From NCBI GenBank assembly GCA_028717685.1, contig JAQUNI010000003.1:64311-128310 (forward strand): DNA of 64,000 nt. Direction: 5' to 3'. The notes under the pieces are model-generated. The model worked only from the letters and a program-made list of their open reading frames with translations, did no database searches and was not told the origin of the DNA. This stretch comes from Patescibacteria group bacterium. GTDB lineage: Bacteria > Patescibacteriota > JAQUNI01. The position numbers and the translations under genes are program-made. Of this stretch, positions 1-10,991 are shown one piece after another (the first letter of the stretch is position 1; the number at the start of each line of letters is the position of its first letter).

Positions 1-148
1 TATTTCCCATAATTTTAAGTATTCAAAACAAAAATAAAGAGGTCTTTTTTTAATGATTATACCTCACATCTATAAATCACATTATAATATATTTTTGATT
101 TTTGTTCAAGTATTCTTCTAGAATAGCTTTTTGTTTTGGGCGCTTTGT

Positions 149-895
149 TTATGATAAGGAATTTTTTATTTTTTTTAGCCTTATTTTGGTGGTAAATTCC
201 AAAAGGTCCCAAATGTATTGTCCCGCGTTAAGTTTAGATTTACCGTATCTGCGATCCGTAAAGGCAATGGGCACCTCTGCCACCTTGGCACCGGCGCGAT
301 ATAGGGCATAGGCAAATGAAGGCTGAAAGATATAGCTCTTTTTTTGCCAAGGGATGTCGGATAAATCCGTTTTTTGGTAAAGGCGAGTTGTAAAAGCCCT
401 GAAGGAGGGGGTAAAATCGGAGATTTCGCGGACACCCAGCATAGCGCGGCAAAGAAAATTAGCGCCCCTGCTAAAAACATCGCGATAGAACTCCAGCCTA
501 TTTTCGCCGCCAGAAATGAAACGTGAAGCTTGGACAAAATTAAAGCCTTGATCAATCTTTTGGATAAAGCGAGGGATATCATCAGGATTATGGGAAAGAT
601 CAGCATCAATCTGCATTAAGATATCAGCTTGCAATTTTTCAATCGCGAGATCATAACCGCGTTTCAAGGCGATACCAATTCCTCTTTGTTTTACATCTAG
701 AAGATGAACTTTGGGGTTATTTCGGTTTATTTTTTCCACAATTCTTCCTGTTCCATCAGGTGAATGACTGTCTGAAATAATAATAGAGAGGTTGCATGAG
801 GGGATTTTAGGCTCTTGTTTTAAAACCTCGGCAATGATTTTCCGGATATTTTCCCTTTCGTTATAAGTAGGAATAATGACTGCTAGATTAAGCAT
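149..895 (-). CDS. GT2 polyprenol-phosphate sugar transferase (Dpm1/GtrB-like)
   Basis: IIPTYNEREN...DADLSH motif, soluble GT2 of ~250 aa; overlaps the next gene by 13 nt (operon). Confidence 0.75.
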   Translation of the reverse strand: MLNLAVIIPTYNERENIRKIIAEVLKQEPKIPSCNLSIIISDSHSPDGTGRIVEKINRNNPKVHLLDVKQRGIGIALKRGYDLAIEKLQADILMQIDADLSHNPDDIPRFIQKIDQGFNFVQASRFISGGENRLEFYRDVFSRGANFLCRAMLGVREISDFTPSFRAFTTRLYQKTDLSDIPWQKKSYIFQPSFAYALYRAGAKVAEVPIAFTDRRYGKSKLNAGQYIWDLLEFTTKIRLKKIKNSLS

Positions 896-3516
896 ATTTT
901 TTTATCTCTCCTCCCCTTACGCTTTTTATACACTCTATAAACAATAAATGTCAAGAAAGAGATTGCCATACTGCCCGCGCTGATCCATAGCCCCGCTTCA
1001 AACCAATTCTGGGGCTCATATTCTATTATTAGTTCATTGGTTTTGAGCTTTTGGGGGTCAATATAAAAACCGTTGATTATGGAATATAGAGGAAAGTGGG
1101 GAAAAATATCATTATTTTTAGAAAATAAAGAGTTAAATCTTTTTTTAAAATAGCCTTCCTCTTTTTTTTCTTTAAGTTTCCACATTGGATCGTAGCTTTC
1201 GGCAAAGGCTAAGATGAAAGGTTCTTCTACTTTGGAAAATGAGATTTTATATTGGGTAGGATTAATCTTTTCGTAGCTTACAGTAGGTTTACTTTCTGTT
1301 TTTTCTGATTCTTCCTTATCTTCAGAAAACATTAAGGCATCTATACCGCTAAGAGATTCCTCCTCGAAGAGTTTGAAGTCAGAAATTTCAAACCAAGATT
1401 CTTCTTCTAAATTGGGCTCGGCTTTAAACTCTATTTTGATATAATAGGTATTTTCAGGGAGCCCAAAAAAATGTGAAATTTTTTTCTGTTCTACATTTCC
1501 CATTTGGTCATTCATTAAGTTTTCTACCTCGAAAGCAGTGCGCTGATAGATAGGGTCATAATCTTCGCCATAAAATAAGATTCTAGCATCTACGCCTTTT
1601 AGATTTTCTCCTTGAAATTTATATTCTAGATAGAAATTTTGGTCTTCCTTTACTTTTATAGCATCAGTAATTATTCTACCTTTTCTTTCTGAAACTTGTG
1701 AGCCTTTAAGAACTTCAATTTTAGGGATCAGGTTGGAAATTTTGAGATTTTTTTCTCTAATTTCCAAATTGCCTTGGTCCAGAATGAAAAAATTGTTCAT
1801 TGTTAGAATACTAGTTGGTTTAGTTCTTTGATAAATCGGGACTTTTTCTTTTTGCCCCAAAAACATTTTTCCTAAATTTTGCCAAAAAATTTTTTGTGAA
1901 AGGTTTGGGATTAAATTATATTTTTTATTTCCAAAATTAAATAGATTAATATCCTCTATACTTTCTTTCTCCAATTTTTCTATATCTATAATTCTTTCAT
2001 TTTCATTTAATTGATTATCTTCTTCTATTTTCTCTTTATTATTTTCCTCTTTTTTTTCCTGTGTTTCCTCTTTATTATTTTCATTTATTTGATTTTGATT
2101 ACCTCTTAGTCTTAGAGAAACTTCATAATTGTTTTTCCGGGGCAGATTAAATTCTAAAGGTTCAATAGTCATTTCCGGGCTGATTTTTTGAATATAGAGG
2201 ATGCGATTTTTTTCTAAAATGGTCTTGGCTTCCATTTCATATTGTTGGTATTCCCTCATGGGAATCAAAGCGATTAAATTGACAGCATTAAATCCTTCTA
2301 AATTTTCAATTTTTAAGAAGTAATTCCCTTTTTTAAAATACTGGGAAGATTTTTCAGTGGTGAATTTATTATTAAGATTTAGTGTCTCAACTATTTTTTC
2401 TTGATTATACAAAACCATTTTGAACCTGCCCCCTTTGTTATTTTGGAAATAACGAAGCACAAATAGATATTCCCCGTCTTGATCAATATGTAAGGGTATG
2501 TTTATTTTTTCGTTAGGTTTTTCTGAATAAATTAAACTTTTATTAAAATCAAAATCCCAATTAGAAATTTTTAAATCGTCAATAACCCTGTGCCATTCAC
2601 CGTGCAAAGGTTCTTCCGTAGAAGCTTTATGCCATTCACCTTCCCCTTCTTGTGTGAAAGGAGTTAGATCTATAAAATATTTATCTTTGATTAGAGAAAA
2701 AACAAGATCATCTAAGCTAGTATTATTAAAAATAATATTTTTAAATTTTAAATCTTTAATTTTTTTTAAAATATTTGGTTCTTGGTTGACAAAAATTAAT
2801 CCTTGGTTTATGGGGTTAAAATTTTCTTGGGAATTTAAAATATCCAAGGTTTCCATTCCGCCCACTACCAAGCTTACATTTTCTGGTGCCCAAAATTGAG
2901 GAGCATAATTTTTATTCTCAAAAATTTGTAAATAGCTCTCTCTATCTTCATCACAAACTGCAAAATATTTTTTTTCTTGGATATCTCCGGAATTTTTTTC
3001 TGTAAGAGTAGATTTTTGGCAAAATAGTCCTGGATCTATCTCTTTTAGATTTATTTCCTTTAAATCCGGATTATCTTTTAGATTATTAAGCAACGATTCA
3101 CTATAATCTTCAGGCAAATCCTTTCTAAAAATAAGGTATTTAGTATTTAGGACATCAAAGAATTTATCCAGGTGAGAGACGTTACCAATAGCCGTTTCAA
3201 AAAATAAATAATAGAGTTTAGAATAGGGCGATAAGGGATTAATTGTAGGCTTTCCAGAAGAGCGGGTGACAAAATCGTTGATTTGACGATCGGATGCCCA
3301 GTCTAAAATTCTCGCATCAAATTGCGGTGGCAGCCAAGTAACCTTAAAATCATTTTTTTGAGCGCTTAGCCAGTTATTGATATGATAAAATTCCTCTGGG
3401 ATTTTTACTGGGACCAACTCATGGAATAAAACTTTATCCACTGTTCCTTGAAGATAAATCCAAAGGGAGAAAAAGCAAAAACCAATGATAATGTATCGGG
3501 AATATTTTTTAAGCAT
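883..3516 (-). CDS. large membrane-anchored protein (N- and C-terminal TM helices, big extracytoplasmic domain, Glu/Lys/Asn-rich low-complexity insert)
   Basis: 877-aa ORF, hydrophobic N- and C-termini, codon-coupled to flanking genes. Confidence 0.5.
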   Translation of the reverse strand: MLKKYSRYIIIGFCFFSLWIYLQGTVDKVLFHELVPVKIPEEFYHINNWLSAQKNDFKVTWLPPQFDARILDWASDRQINDFVTRSSGKPTINPLSPYSKLYYLFFETAIGNVSHLDKFFDVLNTKYLIFRKDLPEDYSESLLNNLKDNPDLKEINLKEIDPGLFCQKSTLTEKNSGDIQEKKYFAVCDEDRESYLQIFENKNYAPQFWAPENVSLVVGGMETLDILNSQENFNPINQGLIFVNQEPNILKKIKDLKFKNIIFNNTSLDDLVFSLIKDKYFIDLTPFTQEGEGEWHKASTEEPLHGEWHRVIDDLKISNWDFDFNKSLIYSEKPNEKINIPLHIDQDGEYLFVLRYFQNNKGGRFKMVLYNQEKIVETLNLNNKFTTEKSSQYFKKGNYFLKIENLEGFNAVNLIALIPMREYQQYEMEAKTILEKNRILYIQKISPEMTIEPLEFNLPRKNNYEVSLRLRGNQNQINENNKEETQEKKEENNKEKIEEDNQLNENERIIDIEKLEKESIEDINLFNFGNKKYNLIPNLSQKIFWQNLGKMFLGQKEKVPIYQRTKPTSILTMNNFFILDQGNLEIREKNLKISNLIPKIEVLKGSQVSERKGRIITDAIKVKEDQNFYLEYKFQGENLKGVDARILFYGEDYDPIYQRTAFEVENLMNDQMGNVEQKKISHFFGLPENTYYIKIEFKAEPNLEEESWFEISDFKLFEEESLSGIDALMFSEDKEESEKTESKPTVSYEKINPTQYKISFSKVEEPFILAFAESYDPMWKLKEKKEEGYFKKRFNSLFSKNNDIFPHFPLYSIINGFYIDPQKLKTNELIIEYEPQNWFEAGLWISAGSMAISFLTFIVYRVYKKRKGRRDKKICLI

Positions 3517-5200
3517 ATGTACTATTTTTAACTTTTTGCAACTTCTTTTTCATTTTTTCAATCTTTGAGTTTAATTTTTTAATCTTAAGCTCTTTTTTGC
3601 GCATTTTTTTAGATAAAAGATCAATTTTTTCCTTGATTTTTTTTCTATAGGTTGTTCCGAAAAATCTTAAAAACAAAAAAGTTAATAAAAAACTATAAGA
3701 CAGGGCGAGTAAGCCGTTTATTCGGGAGGATTCCCGAAAGAGCCAGCCAAAATTTTTAAGACAAGGAATGTCAAAAAGGAACTTTTGATATAAATTATAA
3801 TGCCAGATTGGCATCGTGGACATAATGGCCGCAAAAATTCCTAAAATTGAAAAAAAGATTGTATATTTGTTTCTTAAGGAAGGAAATAAAGGGATTAGAA
3901 GAATAAAAGGCAGGATAAAAATCAAAATTTTAAAATAAAGATTTAAAACTTTACTTTCTGTAGGTTTTGCATTTAAATTTAAAGTTTGGATAATGGGATT
4001 AATTTTTTCTTTTGGTTTTTCAATATATTCTTTGGTCAGCATATAGCCAGGAGTTTGGGGAGTGTTTCTCGCAAAACTTGTTTTAACATAGGGAATGAGC
4101 CAATGGCTGGAGAAGAGAATAAAACAGAGAATACAAATAAAGATATTAGCGATATTTTTTAAAAAATTTGAATAATTGAGCCCCTTTAACCCATTCTTCA
4201 AAAGGGCATTTAGGATTTCAATAATTATGAATAATCCTAACATTATAGACGCATATACTAAATAATGAGGAGAAAAAGAGATAAAATTTAAAAGAAAAGC
4301 CAGAATGACAGCAAAACGCGCTTTTTGGACTTCAATGAGTTTGATAAATATAAGTAAAATCAGAGGAAGAAATAGGTAGGCAATCCAGTGATAAAAATGA
4401 GAAATACGGGATAGCGCATAGGGATTAAAGATATAAAATATTACCAAAAATGAGCTGTAAAGTTCTAGATAATTTTTTTGCTTAATAAAATTTTTTAAAA
4501 TTTTCTTTCCTAAAAAATATAAAGACAGTACACCTATAAACAGTACTTCTGAAATCACAAGCTTTATAGTCAATTCTGCTGACAAATGCAACAAACGATT
4601 AAATAAAGAATTGATTAAAACAAATGGAAATATATTTGTTGTTATGCCTTCGGTGAAGCTTCCGTCATTATTCCACAAAAACCATATATTCCCGAGAACC
4701 CTTTCTTGCTGGATGGGAAAACTAATATCCCCTATCTCAATCTGACCTTGACTTACTAAAACTTTTTGAAAAAGAACTAAGGTTAGAAAGACTAAGATAG
4801 CAACATTGATTTTTTCATAATCTATGTTTCTAAAGGTCTTTAAAGGGATGCGATTATCTTTTTCTATTTTTTGTTTTGTGAGAGATATTTTAGTATAGGT
4901 TAAAACACTGATAGCAAGAAATAAATAGGCAAACTTCGCGGCGAGATCAGCCAGGATGAGATCCTTAAAGATCATAAAGATCGGACATAGACTCAGAGAA
5001 ATCAAACCCAAAACAGCTGAAAGCCTGATTGAAATTTTAAGGATAATGGAACTGACAAGGGCACCAGTGAGCACAAGAATATAAATGGGCGCATTCAAAA
5101 GATAGAGCGAGATTAACACAATGCTAAGCCACAGGAAATAATAAGGGAGTGGATGGCGAACCCTAAAATTTTTAATACTTTTTATTACTTTTGAGAACAT
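3509..5200 (-). CDS. polytopic integral membrane protein (>=10 TM) with C-terminal Lys-rich coiled tail; possible GT-C/polymerase-like
   Basis: hydropathy pattern only; no recognisable catalytic motif. Confidence 0.45.
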   Translation of the reverse strand: MFSKVIKSIKNFRVRHPLPYYFLWLSIVLISLYLLNAPIYILVLTGALVSSIILKISIRLSAVLGLISLSLCPIFMIFKDLILADLAAKFAYLFLAISVLTYTKISLTKQKIEKDNRIPLKTFRNIDYEKINVAILVFLTLVLFQKVLVSQGQIEIGDISFPIQQERVLGNIWFLWNNDGSFTEGITTNIFPFVLINSLFNRLLHLSAELTIKLVISEVLFIGVLSLYFLGKKILKNFIKQKNYLELYSSFLVIFYIFNPYALSRISHFYHWIAYLFLPLILLIFIKLIEVQKARFAVILAFLLNFISFSPHYLVYASIMLGLFIIIEILNALLKNGLKGLNYSNFLKNIANIFICILCFILFSSHWLIPYVKTSFARNTPQTPGYMLTKEYIEKPKEKINPIIQTLNLNAKPTESKVLNLYFKILIFILPFILLIPLFPSLRNKYTIFFSILGIFAAIMSTMPIWHYNLYQKFLFDIPCLKNFGWLFRESSRINGLLALSYSFLLTFLFLRFFGTTYRKKIKEKIDLLSKKMRKKELKIKKLNSKIEKMKKKLQKVKNSTYA

Positions 5201-5209
5201 TTGGATATT

Positions 5210-7765
5210 TTAAGAAATTGTCTTTAAAAACCGCTGACGCCTTGAATTTAATTTGAAATAGATTGCAAAGATGATCAGTAAGAATAATGTAAGCAGACTA
5301 ATCCCTAAACAAATATAGATAATATTTTGTTTCTTGAATTCAATAATTAATTCTATATCCAGGGAACCATTCTCGTTTAATTGAACAAATTCCGGGAATG
5401 AATTTTGAAGATAATCAAGATCTAAATACCAAGCGTTCGCATAACCGTTGACTTGGAAGTGATATTTTTCATCCAGAGCTCGCAAGGATATTGATTCCAA
5501 AAGTTTGCCAGAAGGGATATTATTGTCCTGTGTTGCATTTTGAAAGGTTGGCGATATATACTCGTTGTTTTTATTATTTTCAGTAAATCTGGTTGGATAT
5601 ATTTTCCAGAATTTATGGAATTGGTTGGAAAATATAAGGGGGAAAGATTTAGTAATATTTGAAATTCTGATTTTATATTTATAGGGGAATATTTCTTTAT
5701 ATTCAATCAGAGCGTTATTTTCTGAAGTTTTTTCTAAATTTTGTTGAATAAAATCAGGGGCATTCTTAATATATGCAATTCTTTTATCTTTACTTTCTTC
5801 AATGTCTGCTTTTTGAGGAGGGGTATAGACTATACGGTTCGGAATATAAAAGATTGGTAAAAAATTTTCATCTTTAACTTGGTAAAGAGTGATTGCATAT
5901 TTCCCCTTAAGATCATTTATTTCTTTATATATTTCATACGGCGATCTCACATCATTGGGCAGGGAGTTGACATATTTTGGAGTGAAGAGAAAATAATCTT
6001 TTTCTTTGATAAAATTTTCGCTATTCAAAATTTTTTCAAAGAAATGATAGTCATAGTATTCGGTTGTGGAATCCTTTTTGCTATAATATTGATTATAGCG
6101 AGAGTCAACATCTCTTAATAGAATGATATTTTTCACATTAAGTATTTTTAGAATTTCCGGTTTCAAAATGGATTCCCCGGTCAAAAGCCCTTCTTTGTAA
6201 GTTGGAGGGTCAATATTTCGGATTGATAATATTGGTTTATTAATTAAAGAATAAGGAGCGGGCCAGCCTTGATTGGAACCCTTTTCCCAGTATTGTTTAG
6301 TCCCATACACATAATATGGCAAAATGAGCGTCCTATTAATTAATGTTTTGTCTTCTAAATCTTTTTTTAGTTCATAATGATAGCTTGGCACTTTTTCATA
6401 AGGGGAAGCCAATGAGCCGTTTAAATGCATTTTATTTAGGTTGTAGGCGGCCATGCTTGGCCAAATTGTATAAAGGAAAGAAAGAATAAAGAGGGAGACA
6501 AAAGTGATTTTAAGGGTTTTGTTTTTAGTTCTCTCAATGAGGAGTTTAAGAGCAAAAGCAAGCAATATTGCATAGATAAAAATAATATTTAAATTTACTT
6601 TATCGGGGCTTCTTAGGATTGTAAAAATGTTAAAATGAACATAAAAATACTTAAATACCGCCCCCAATGGAGAAGTTACGCCGGCCGCGATTGAGAGCAC
6701 AAAAAAGAGATAAACATAATAAAATACCAGCTTAGTGTTTTTTTTAATGAAGAAGATGGGCAGGAAGATGAATACAACCAAGGCGTAGGTTAAAAACAGG
6801 CCCAGAGGAGTATAGAAGTAATAGTGATAAGGATGATAATAGTCATAATATGCGGCTGCTCTGAAAGACCAGTTGCCAAGCAGACGGATTGCCTCATAAT
6901 ACTCCATTGCCGATGTATCAAAGGTTCGCAGTAATCCACCTTGGATGTTTGTTAAAGTTCCCAGGAATAATTCAATGTCATTATAAAGCCAATAAAGGTT
7001 TAATAAAATTGTTAAGAAGATTATTCCAACAATCGTTAAATGCAAGGGAATTAATTTATGATATGCCTTCTTTTTGATTATTTTAATTAAGGTATAAAGG
7101 TAATAAAATACAAAAGCGAATAGATAAATATTCGCATAGGAAATGTGGCTAACGCCATTGATTGCTAAAGATAATAAAATACTTATCATCCCTATGAAAA
7201 AAATTTGCTGTTTTATACTAACTTTTTTCAAGGTTTGCCTAAGAGCAAGGATGTAAAAGGCAAATGTAAAGGGGAAGAAAGACAAAATGGGAGAATAAAT
7301 CGGACTGAAAAAAATTATAAGGTGAAAGGGATTATAAACGTAAAATAAAGAGCCCAATATAGAATATACTATATTTAATTTGAATATCTTTCTCAAGAAA
7401 TAATACATCCCAGCAAGAGGAAGATAATACTGAAATATAAAAAGCATTGACAGATTAGCAACCACATCAGAGTTAAAGATTTTGTACAGAAGGAATTGCG
7501 AAAGGTACCAAATTAAGGAAGAAAGAAATGATGTTTCGCCTAAACAATCATGATTCCAGGTAAATTTATGTTTTTGGAAATAATAGTTCCCGAATACTAA
7601 GAGAGAGGTGTCGTCACCAAGGCCGACTGCATATTTTTTTACAAAAATTATAAAAATAGCAAACGGTATTAAAAATAATAAGAGAAAGATGGCAAGGCGT
7701 TTTAATAATTTATGCTTTCCGAAAAAAATATAAATTTTTTTCAGGTTGCTAATGAAATTTTTCAT
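5210..7765 (-). CDS. GT-C-fold-like membrane glycosyltransferase (putative)
   Basis: 851 aa; multi-TM N-terminal half with GLGDD acidic motif right after TM1 (GT-C hallmark position), large extracytoplasmic domain, C-terminal TM. Confidence 0.5.
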   Translation of the reverse strand: MKNFISNLKKIYIFFGKHKLLKRLAIFLLLFLIPFAIFIIFVKKYAVGLGDDTSLLVFGNYYFQKHKFTWNHDCLGETSFLSSLIWYLSQFLLYKIFNSDVVANLSMLFIFQYYLPLAGMYYFLRKIFKLNIVYSILGSLFYVYNPFHLIIFFSPIYSPILSFFPFTFAFYILALRQTLKKVSIKQQIFFIGMISILLSLAINGVSHISYANIYLFAFVFYYLYTLIKIIKKKAYHKLIPLHLTIVGIIFLTILLNLYWLYNDIELFLGTLTNIQGGLLRTFDTSAMEYYEAIRLLGNWSFRAAAYYDYYHPYHYYFYTPLGLFLTYALVVFIFLPIFFIKKNTKLVFYYVYLFFVLSIAAGVTSPLGAVFKYFYVHFNIFTILRSPDKVNLNIIFIYAILLAFALKLLIERTKNKTLKITFVSLFILSFLYTIWPSMAAYNLNKMHLNGSLASPYEKVPSYHYELKKDLEDKTLINRTLILPYYVYGTKQYWEKGSNQGWPAPYSLINKPILSIRNIDPPTYKEGLLTGESILKPEILKILNVKNIILLRDVDSRYNQYYSKKDSTTEYYDYHFFEKILNSENFIKEKDYFLFTPKYVNSLPNDVRSPYEIYKEINDLKGKYAITLYQVKDENFLPIFYIPNRIVYTPPQKADIEESKDKRIAYIKNAPDFIQQNLEKTSENNALIEYKEIFPYKYKIRISNITKSFPLIFSNQFHKFWKIYPTRFTENNKNNEYISPTFQNATQDNNIPSGKLLESISLRALDEKYHFQVNGYANAWYLDLDYLQNSFPEFVQLNENGSLDIELIIEFKKQNIIYICLGISLLTLFLLIIFAIYFKLNSRRQRFLKTIS

Positions 7766-7992
7766 ATTAATCTTTAATCACTGGTAGTTTATAGCGGCGC
7801 AAATAAAACCCTTCAGTAAGATAGCGTCAAACATTCTCGCAAAATGAAGCCTCATTGTTCGCTAAGAAGTATTTACTTTTACTATTTAGAACTGTATACT
7901 CTTTATTTGATTTTGTGAGTATGCTCAAAATTTTTTTATAGTTCAAGTATCAGTTTTTAATTCTTAAAAGCGTCTCATTTTATATTCATTCA

Positions 7993-9012
7993 TTATTTAA
8001 ATTTAGGCACCCCGATCATTAGAAAAGTTTTTAATTTGCCAGAATTCCAATTCATAATAGATAGAATTTTTAAATCACCCACTTTTCTTCTCCTTTGGAT
8101 TATTTTTCTTTGTTTAATAGTATCTTGAATATTAATAATATTCCAAAAAATTGCTCTCCAAACAATTATAAACATTTTAAAATTACCGGAAACAAAGTAA
8201 AATAGCGATTCTAAAATATCTTGGCTTATGGATAAGGGAATAATCCAAAACAGGTTTATTAGTCTATAGTTTTTTAACAAATTTCTTAAATTATTTTTAT
8301 TGACTTCATATCTTCGAAAGGTAGGAATAATATGACGTTTATTTTTTTTATATCTTGTCCTTTCTGACGAACCGCCGCCGAAATGAAATAAATGAGCATT
8401 ATGACAAATCGCTAATCTCATGCCAAATAAGTGGGCTCTCCAAGATAGGTCTGTATCCTCGCTATACATATAATATTTTTCATCGAAGCCACCTAGTTTG
8501 ATAAATTTTTTTTTGTCAATCATTAAGGCGCAGCCATCAATGTAAAACAGTTTTCGATAAGGCACACTAATTGGATAACCCAGAAAATCCATCCCCGGGT
8601 ATTGCTTCTTTGATAAATCAATTTTATTTTTACCTGAAGCTTGCGGTCCAATTAAATCAAAATCGTTTTTATTTTTAAAATCAATGAGCTTTTCGAGCAG
8701 ATCACTAGGGGATCGGGTATCGTTATTTAAAAGAAACAAGATGTCTCCCTTGCTATTTTTAACCCCGATATTATTAGCGGTTCCAAAACCTAAGTCTTTA
8801 TCATTCTGGATCACGGTCATATCTTTATAATTCTTTTTTATAAAATCTATGCTGTCATCATCGGAAGCATTATCCACCAGAATAATTTCAAAATTTTTAT
8901 ATGTCTGAGCGTATAAGGAATCCAAACAATTTTTAAGCCATTTTTTCCCGTTGTGGTTAGTTAAAATTATTGAGACTAATTGATTCATCTTATTGTTTTT
9001 TAAGGCAGCCAT
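7993..9012 (-). CDS. GT2 glycosyltransferase (rhamnosyltransferase/WbbL-like)
   Basis: SIILTNHNGKKWLKNCLDSL...ILVDNASDD...GFGTANN motifs. Confidence 0.75.
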   Translation of the reverse strand: MAALKNNKMNQLVSIILTNHNGKKWLKNCLDSLYAQTYKNFEIILVDNASDDDSIDFIKKNYKDMTVIQNDKDLGFGTANNIGVKNSKGDILFLLNNDTRSPSDLLEKLIDFKNKNDFDLIGPQASGKNKIDLSKKQYPGMDFLGYPISVPYRKLFYIDGCALMIDKKKFIKLGGFDEKYYMYSEDTDLSWRAHLFGMRLAICHNAHLFHFGGGSSERTRYKKNKRHIIPTFRRYEVNKNNLRNLLKNYRLINLFWIIPLSISQDILESLFYFVSGNFKMFIIVWRAIFWNIINIQDTIKQRKIIQRRRKVGDLKILSIMNWNSGKLKTFLMIGVPKFK

Positions 9013-9250
9013 AACTCTATTTTAAATAGTATTTATTGGAGTTTTTATTGATGAGGAGACACATAAGGTTCTAGTAAAAGATATCCATGTCGCGAGTTAA
9101 GGCAATCACTTTAGTGACAAGATCGGGATCTCCTCTAAAAAAAAATAAAGTCTGATGTGATGTGCATCTCTATTACCCCACGGGAAGCCTGTGGTTAGCA
9201 GGATTCGTTTCCTGTTCATTTTCTTTTGGTTGCGGGATACAATATTTGAT

Positions 9251-9733
9251 TTATATTAAGCCCCATTCGTAGGGTATTTTTTTTGAGAAAGGATCTAATC
9301 TTCGGATTTCTTGAGGGTCATGTGAAATTGTCGAGCAGTTGGCTATCAGGGCTTCTTTTTTTCCAAAACCCTGAAAGCCATTCCAAACCAAGGGGGGTAC
9401 TTTAATGAGGAGATAATTGTCTTCCCCCGTAAAAATTTCCGTTAGATGACCTTTGGTTTCAGAATTCTCTCGGTCATCATAGAGCACTAGCTTTATATTA
9501 CCCGCGATGACTGCATAATTTAATTCCATTTTTGTATGAATATGCCATCCCTTGATCACTCCCGGATATACGCTAGAAAAGTAAATTTCCCCAAAACCAT
9601 TAAATTCCTTGTCTTCCTTTTTGAGCATATGCAAAATGCGTCCCCTTTCATCAGGGATTATATTTAATTTTTTAATAATTACTCCTTGGATCATCTGCCC
9701 CTTAATCCCGGAGATTTGTTCATCCATTGCCAT
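9251..9733 (-). CDS. cupin sugar-nucleotide epimerase/isomerase (RmlC/FdtA superfamily), paralog of 42090..42545
   Basis: DERGRIL, GWHIHTK, KLVLYDDR motifs shared with the 42090 paralog. Confidence 0.55.
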   Translation of the reverse strand: MAMDEQISGIKGQMIQGVIIKKLNIIPDERGRILHMLKKEDKEFNGFGEIYFSSVYPGVIKGWHIHTKMELNYAVIAGNIKLVLYDDRENSETKGHLTEIFTGEDNYLLIKVPPLVWNGFQGFGKKEALIANCSTISHDPQEIRRLDPFSKKIPYEWGLI

Positions 9734-10649
9734 TTAGATAATAATAATAAGTTTTTTCTAGACCATAATCTAAGTTATAAAGCGGTTTCCATTTAAGTAT
9801 TTTTTTTAATTTAGAATTGTCGCAATTTACATAGTAAACCTCATTTTCAATATAAGGTTTCGCTCCCCAAATGATATTAAATTTTTTATTAGCAATCTTT
9901 TCGATTTTTTTTGTTATTTCCTTAATGCTGTATGCTTTGTCGTAACCTACGTTAAAACCCTCAAATTTAACAATTTTATTAAAATGTTTCAGCGCACAAA
10001 GATAAGCTTGGGCGATGTCTTTGACATAGGTGAAGTTCCATCTCTGTTCGCCGCCAGAAAACTCGATTTCCTCCCCTTTATTGAGAGATTTAATCAGAAA
10101 AGCCATCAGTTTTTCGTTATCCCGATCACCAAAAGGGGCAAATAGTTTGAAATCGATCACTTTAAAATTATAACTATTGGCATAGTACTTTAAAATTTCT
10201 GCAAAAGATAGTTTGGTGGCAGCGTAAAGATTATAAGCACATTTTTCATCCTCTTCTTTAAGGGGGAGATTTTTCATCTTATATTCGGAGAATGTGCCAG
10301 TATTGATAAAATATTTTACCTCCGCTTGAATAGCCAATTGACAAAGAAGGGAAGGAAATTTGACATTTGTGTCAATCATCTCTTCCACTTCGTTAAGATT
10401 ATTGTGCTTCTTAATATATTTCGTGGCGAGATGGATTATACAATCAATATGGCTTTCCTTAAAAATTAAACCTAATTCATTTTTGTCGGAGTAATAAATT
10501 TTAACTGCACGGCGGAAGGGCTCTATTCGTGTATTATTGGAGGCAGAGTGCAATAAGGCAATGACCCTGTAATTTTTTTTCAATAAATTTTCTAACAAGT
10601 GAGAGCCAATAAAACCGGCCGCTCCTGTAACTAAGACTGTTTTTATCAT
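9720..10649 (-). CDS. NAD-dependent epimerase/dehydratase (extended SDR)
   Basis: VLVTGAAGFIGSHL Rossmann start, YxxxK region, C-terminal KKILKWKP. Confidence 0.75.
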   Translation of the reverse strand: MIKTVLVTGAAGFIGSHLLENLLKKNYRVIALLHSASNNTRIEPFRRAVKIYYSDKNELGLIFKESHIDCIIHLATKYIKKHNNLNEVEEMIDTNVKFPSLLCQLAIQAEVKYFINTGTFSEYKMKNLPLKEEDEKCAYNLYAATKLSFAEILKYYANSYNFKVIDFKLFAPFGDRDNEKLMAFLIKSLNKGEEIEFSGGEQRWNFTYVKDIAQAYLCALKHFNKIVKFEGFNVGYDKAYSIKEITKKIEKIANKKFNIIWGAKPYIENEVYYVNCDNSKLKKILKWKPLYNLDYGLEKTYYYYLNGNG

Positions 10650-10683
10650 TTTTTTAAATTTTTAATGTTTTTATGGCCATTAT

Positions 10684-10751
10684 CCAGTATTAAAATATCC
10701 GTTGATTTGTCTTGTTATATAAGCTTGCATATCTATTTTGTTTGAGTAGAA
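10684..10751. repeat. 68-bp direct repeat, copy A (intergenic, 5' of epimerase 9720..10649)
   Basis: 65/68 identical to 14501-14568. Confidence 0.8.
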
Positions 10752-10991
10752 CAGAAAATTTATTCCCACAACTTGCTGCGGATGAGTAATTTATTATCCT
10801 TTCGTAAAAGTATCTAAAATTCTCGTATTAATTTTTTGTTTGCACAGGCAGGTCGCTAAATAATGAAGCCCTCAAGGAGGTCATGCTCCTATTTTTTATT
10901 GGCCATTTTGTAATTCGTCATTTCTTCTATGTTTTTTGGAGGATATTGGGGGTATAGACTAAGATAACATCTAATATTTTCTTATTATGAT

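Noticed and set aside
102-311. Short opposite-strand or overlapping ORFs from the six-frame track (e.g. 102..311, 181..609, 240..452, 2654..2899, 5422..5706, 5879..6118, 11641..11853, 12232..12546, 17301..17541, 18539..19114, 20130..20432, 24612..24824, 24876..25352, 36805..37743, 41542..42030, 47956..48222, 48751..49012, 49673..50075, 51809..52075, 57537..58205)
   Set aside because: Each lies inside or antisense to a much longer ORF with clear homology. They have low-complexity or atypical composition and no SD or start context. They are spurious.
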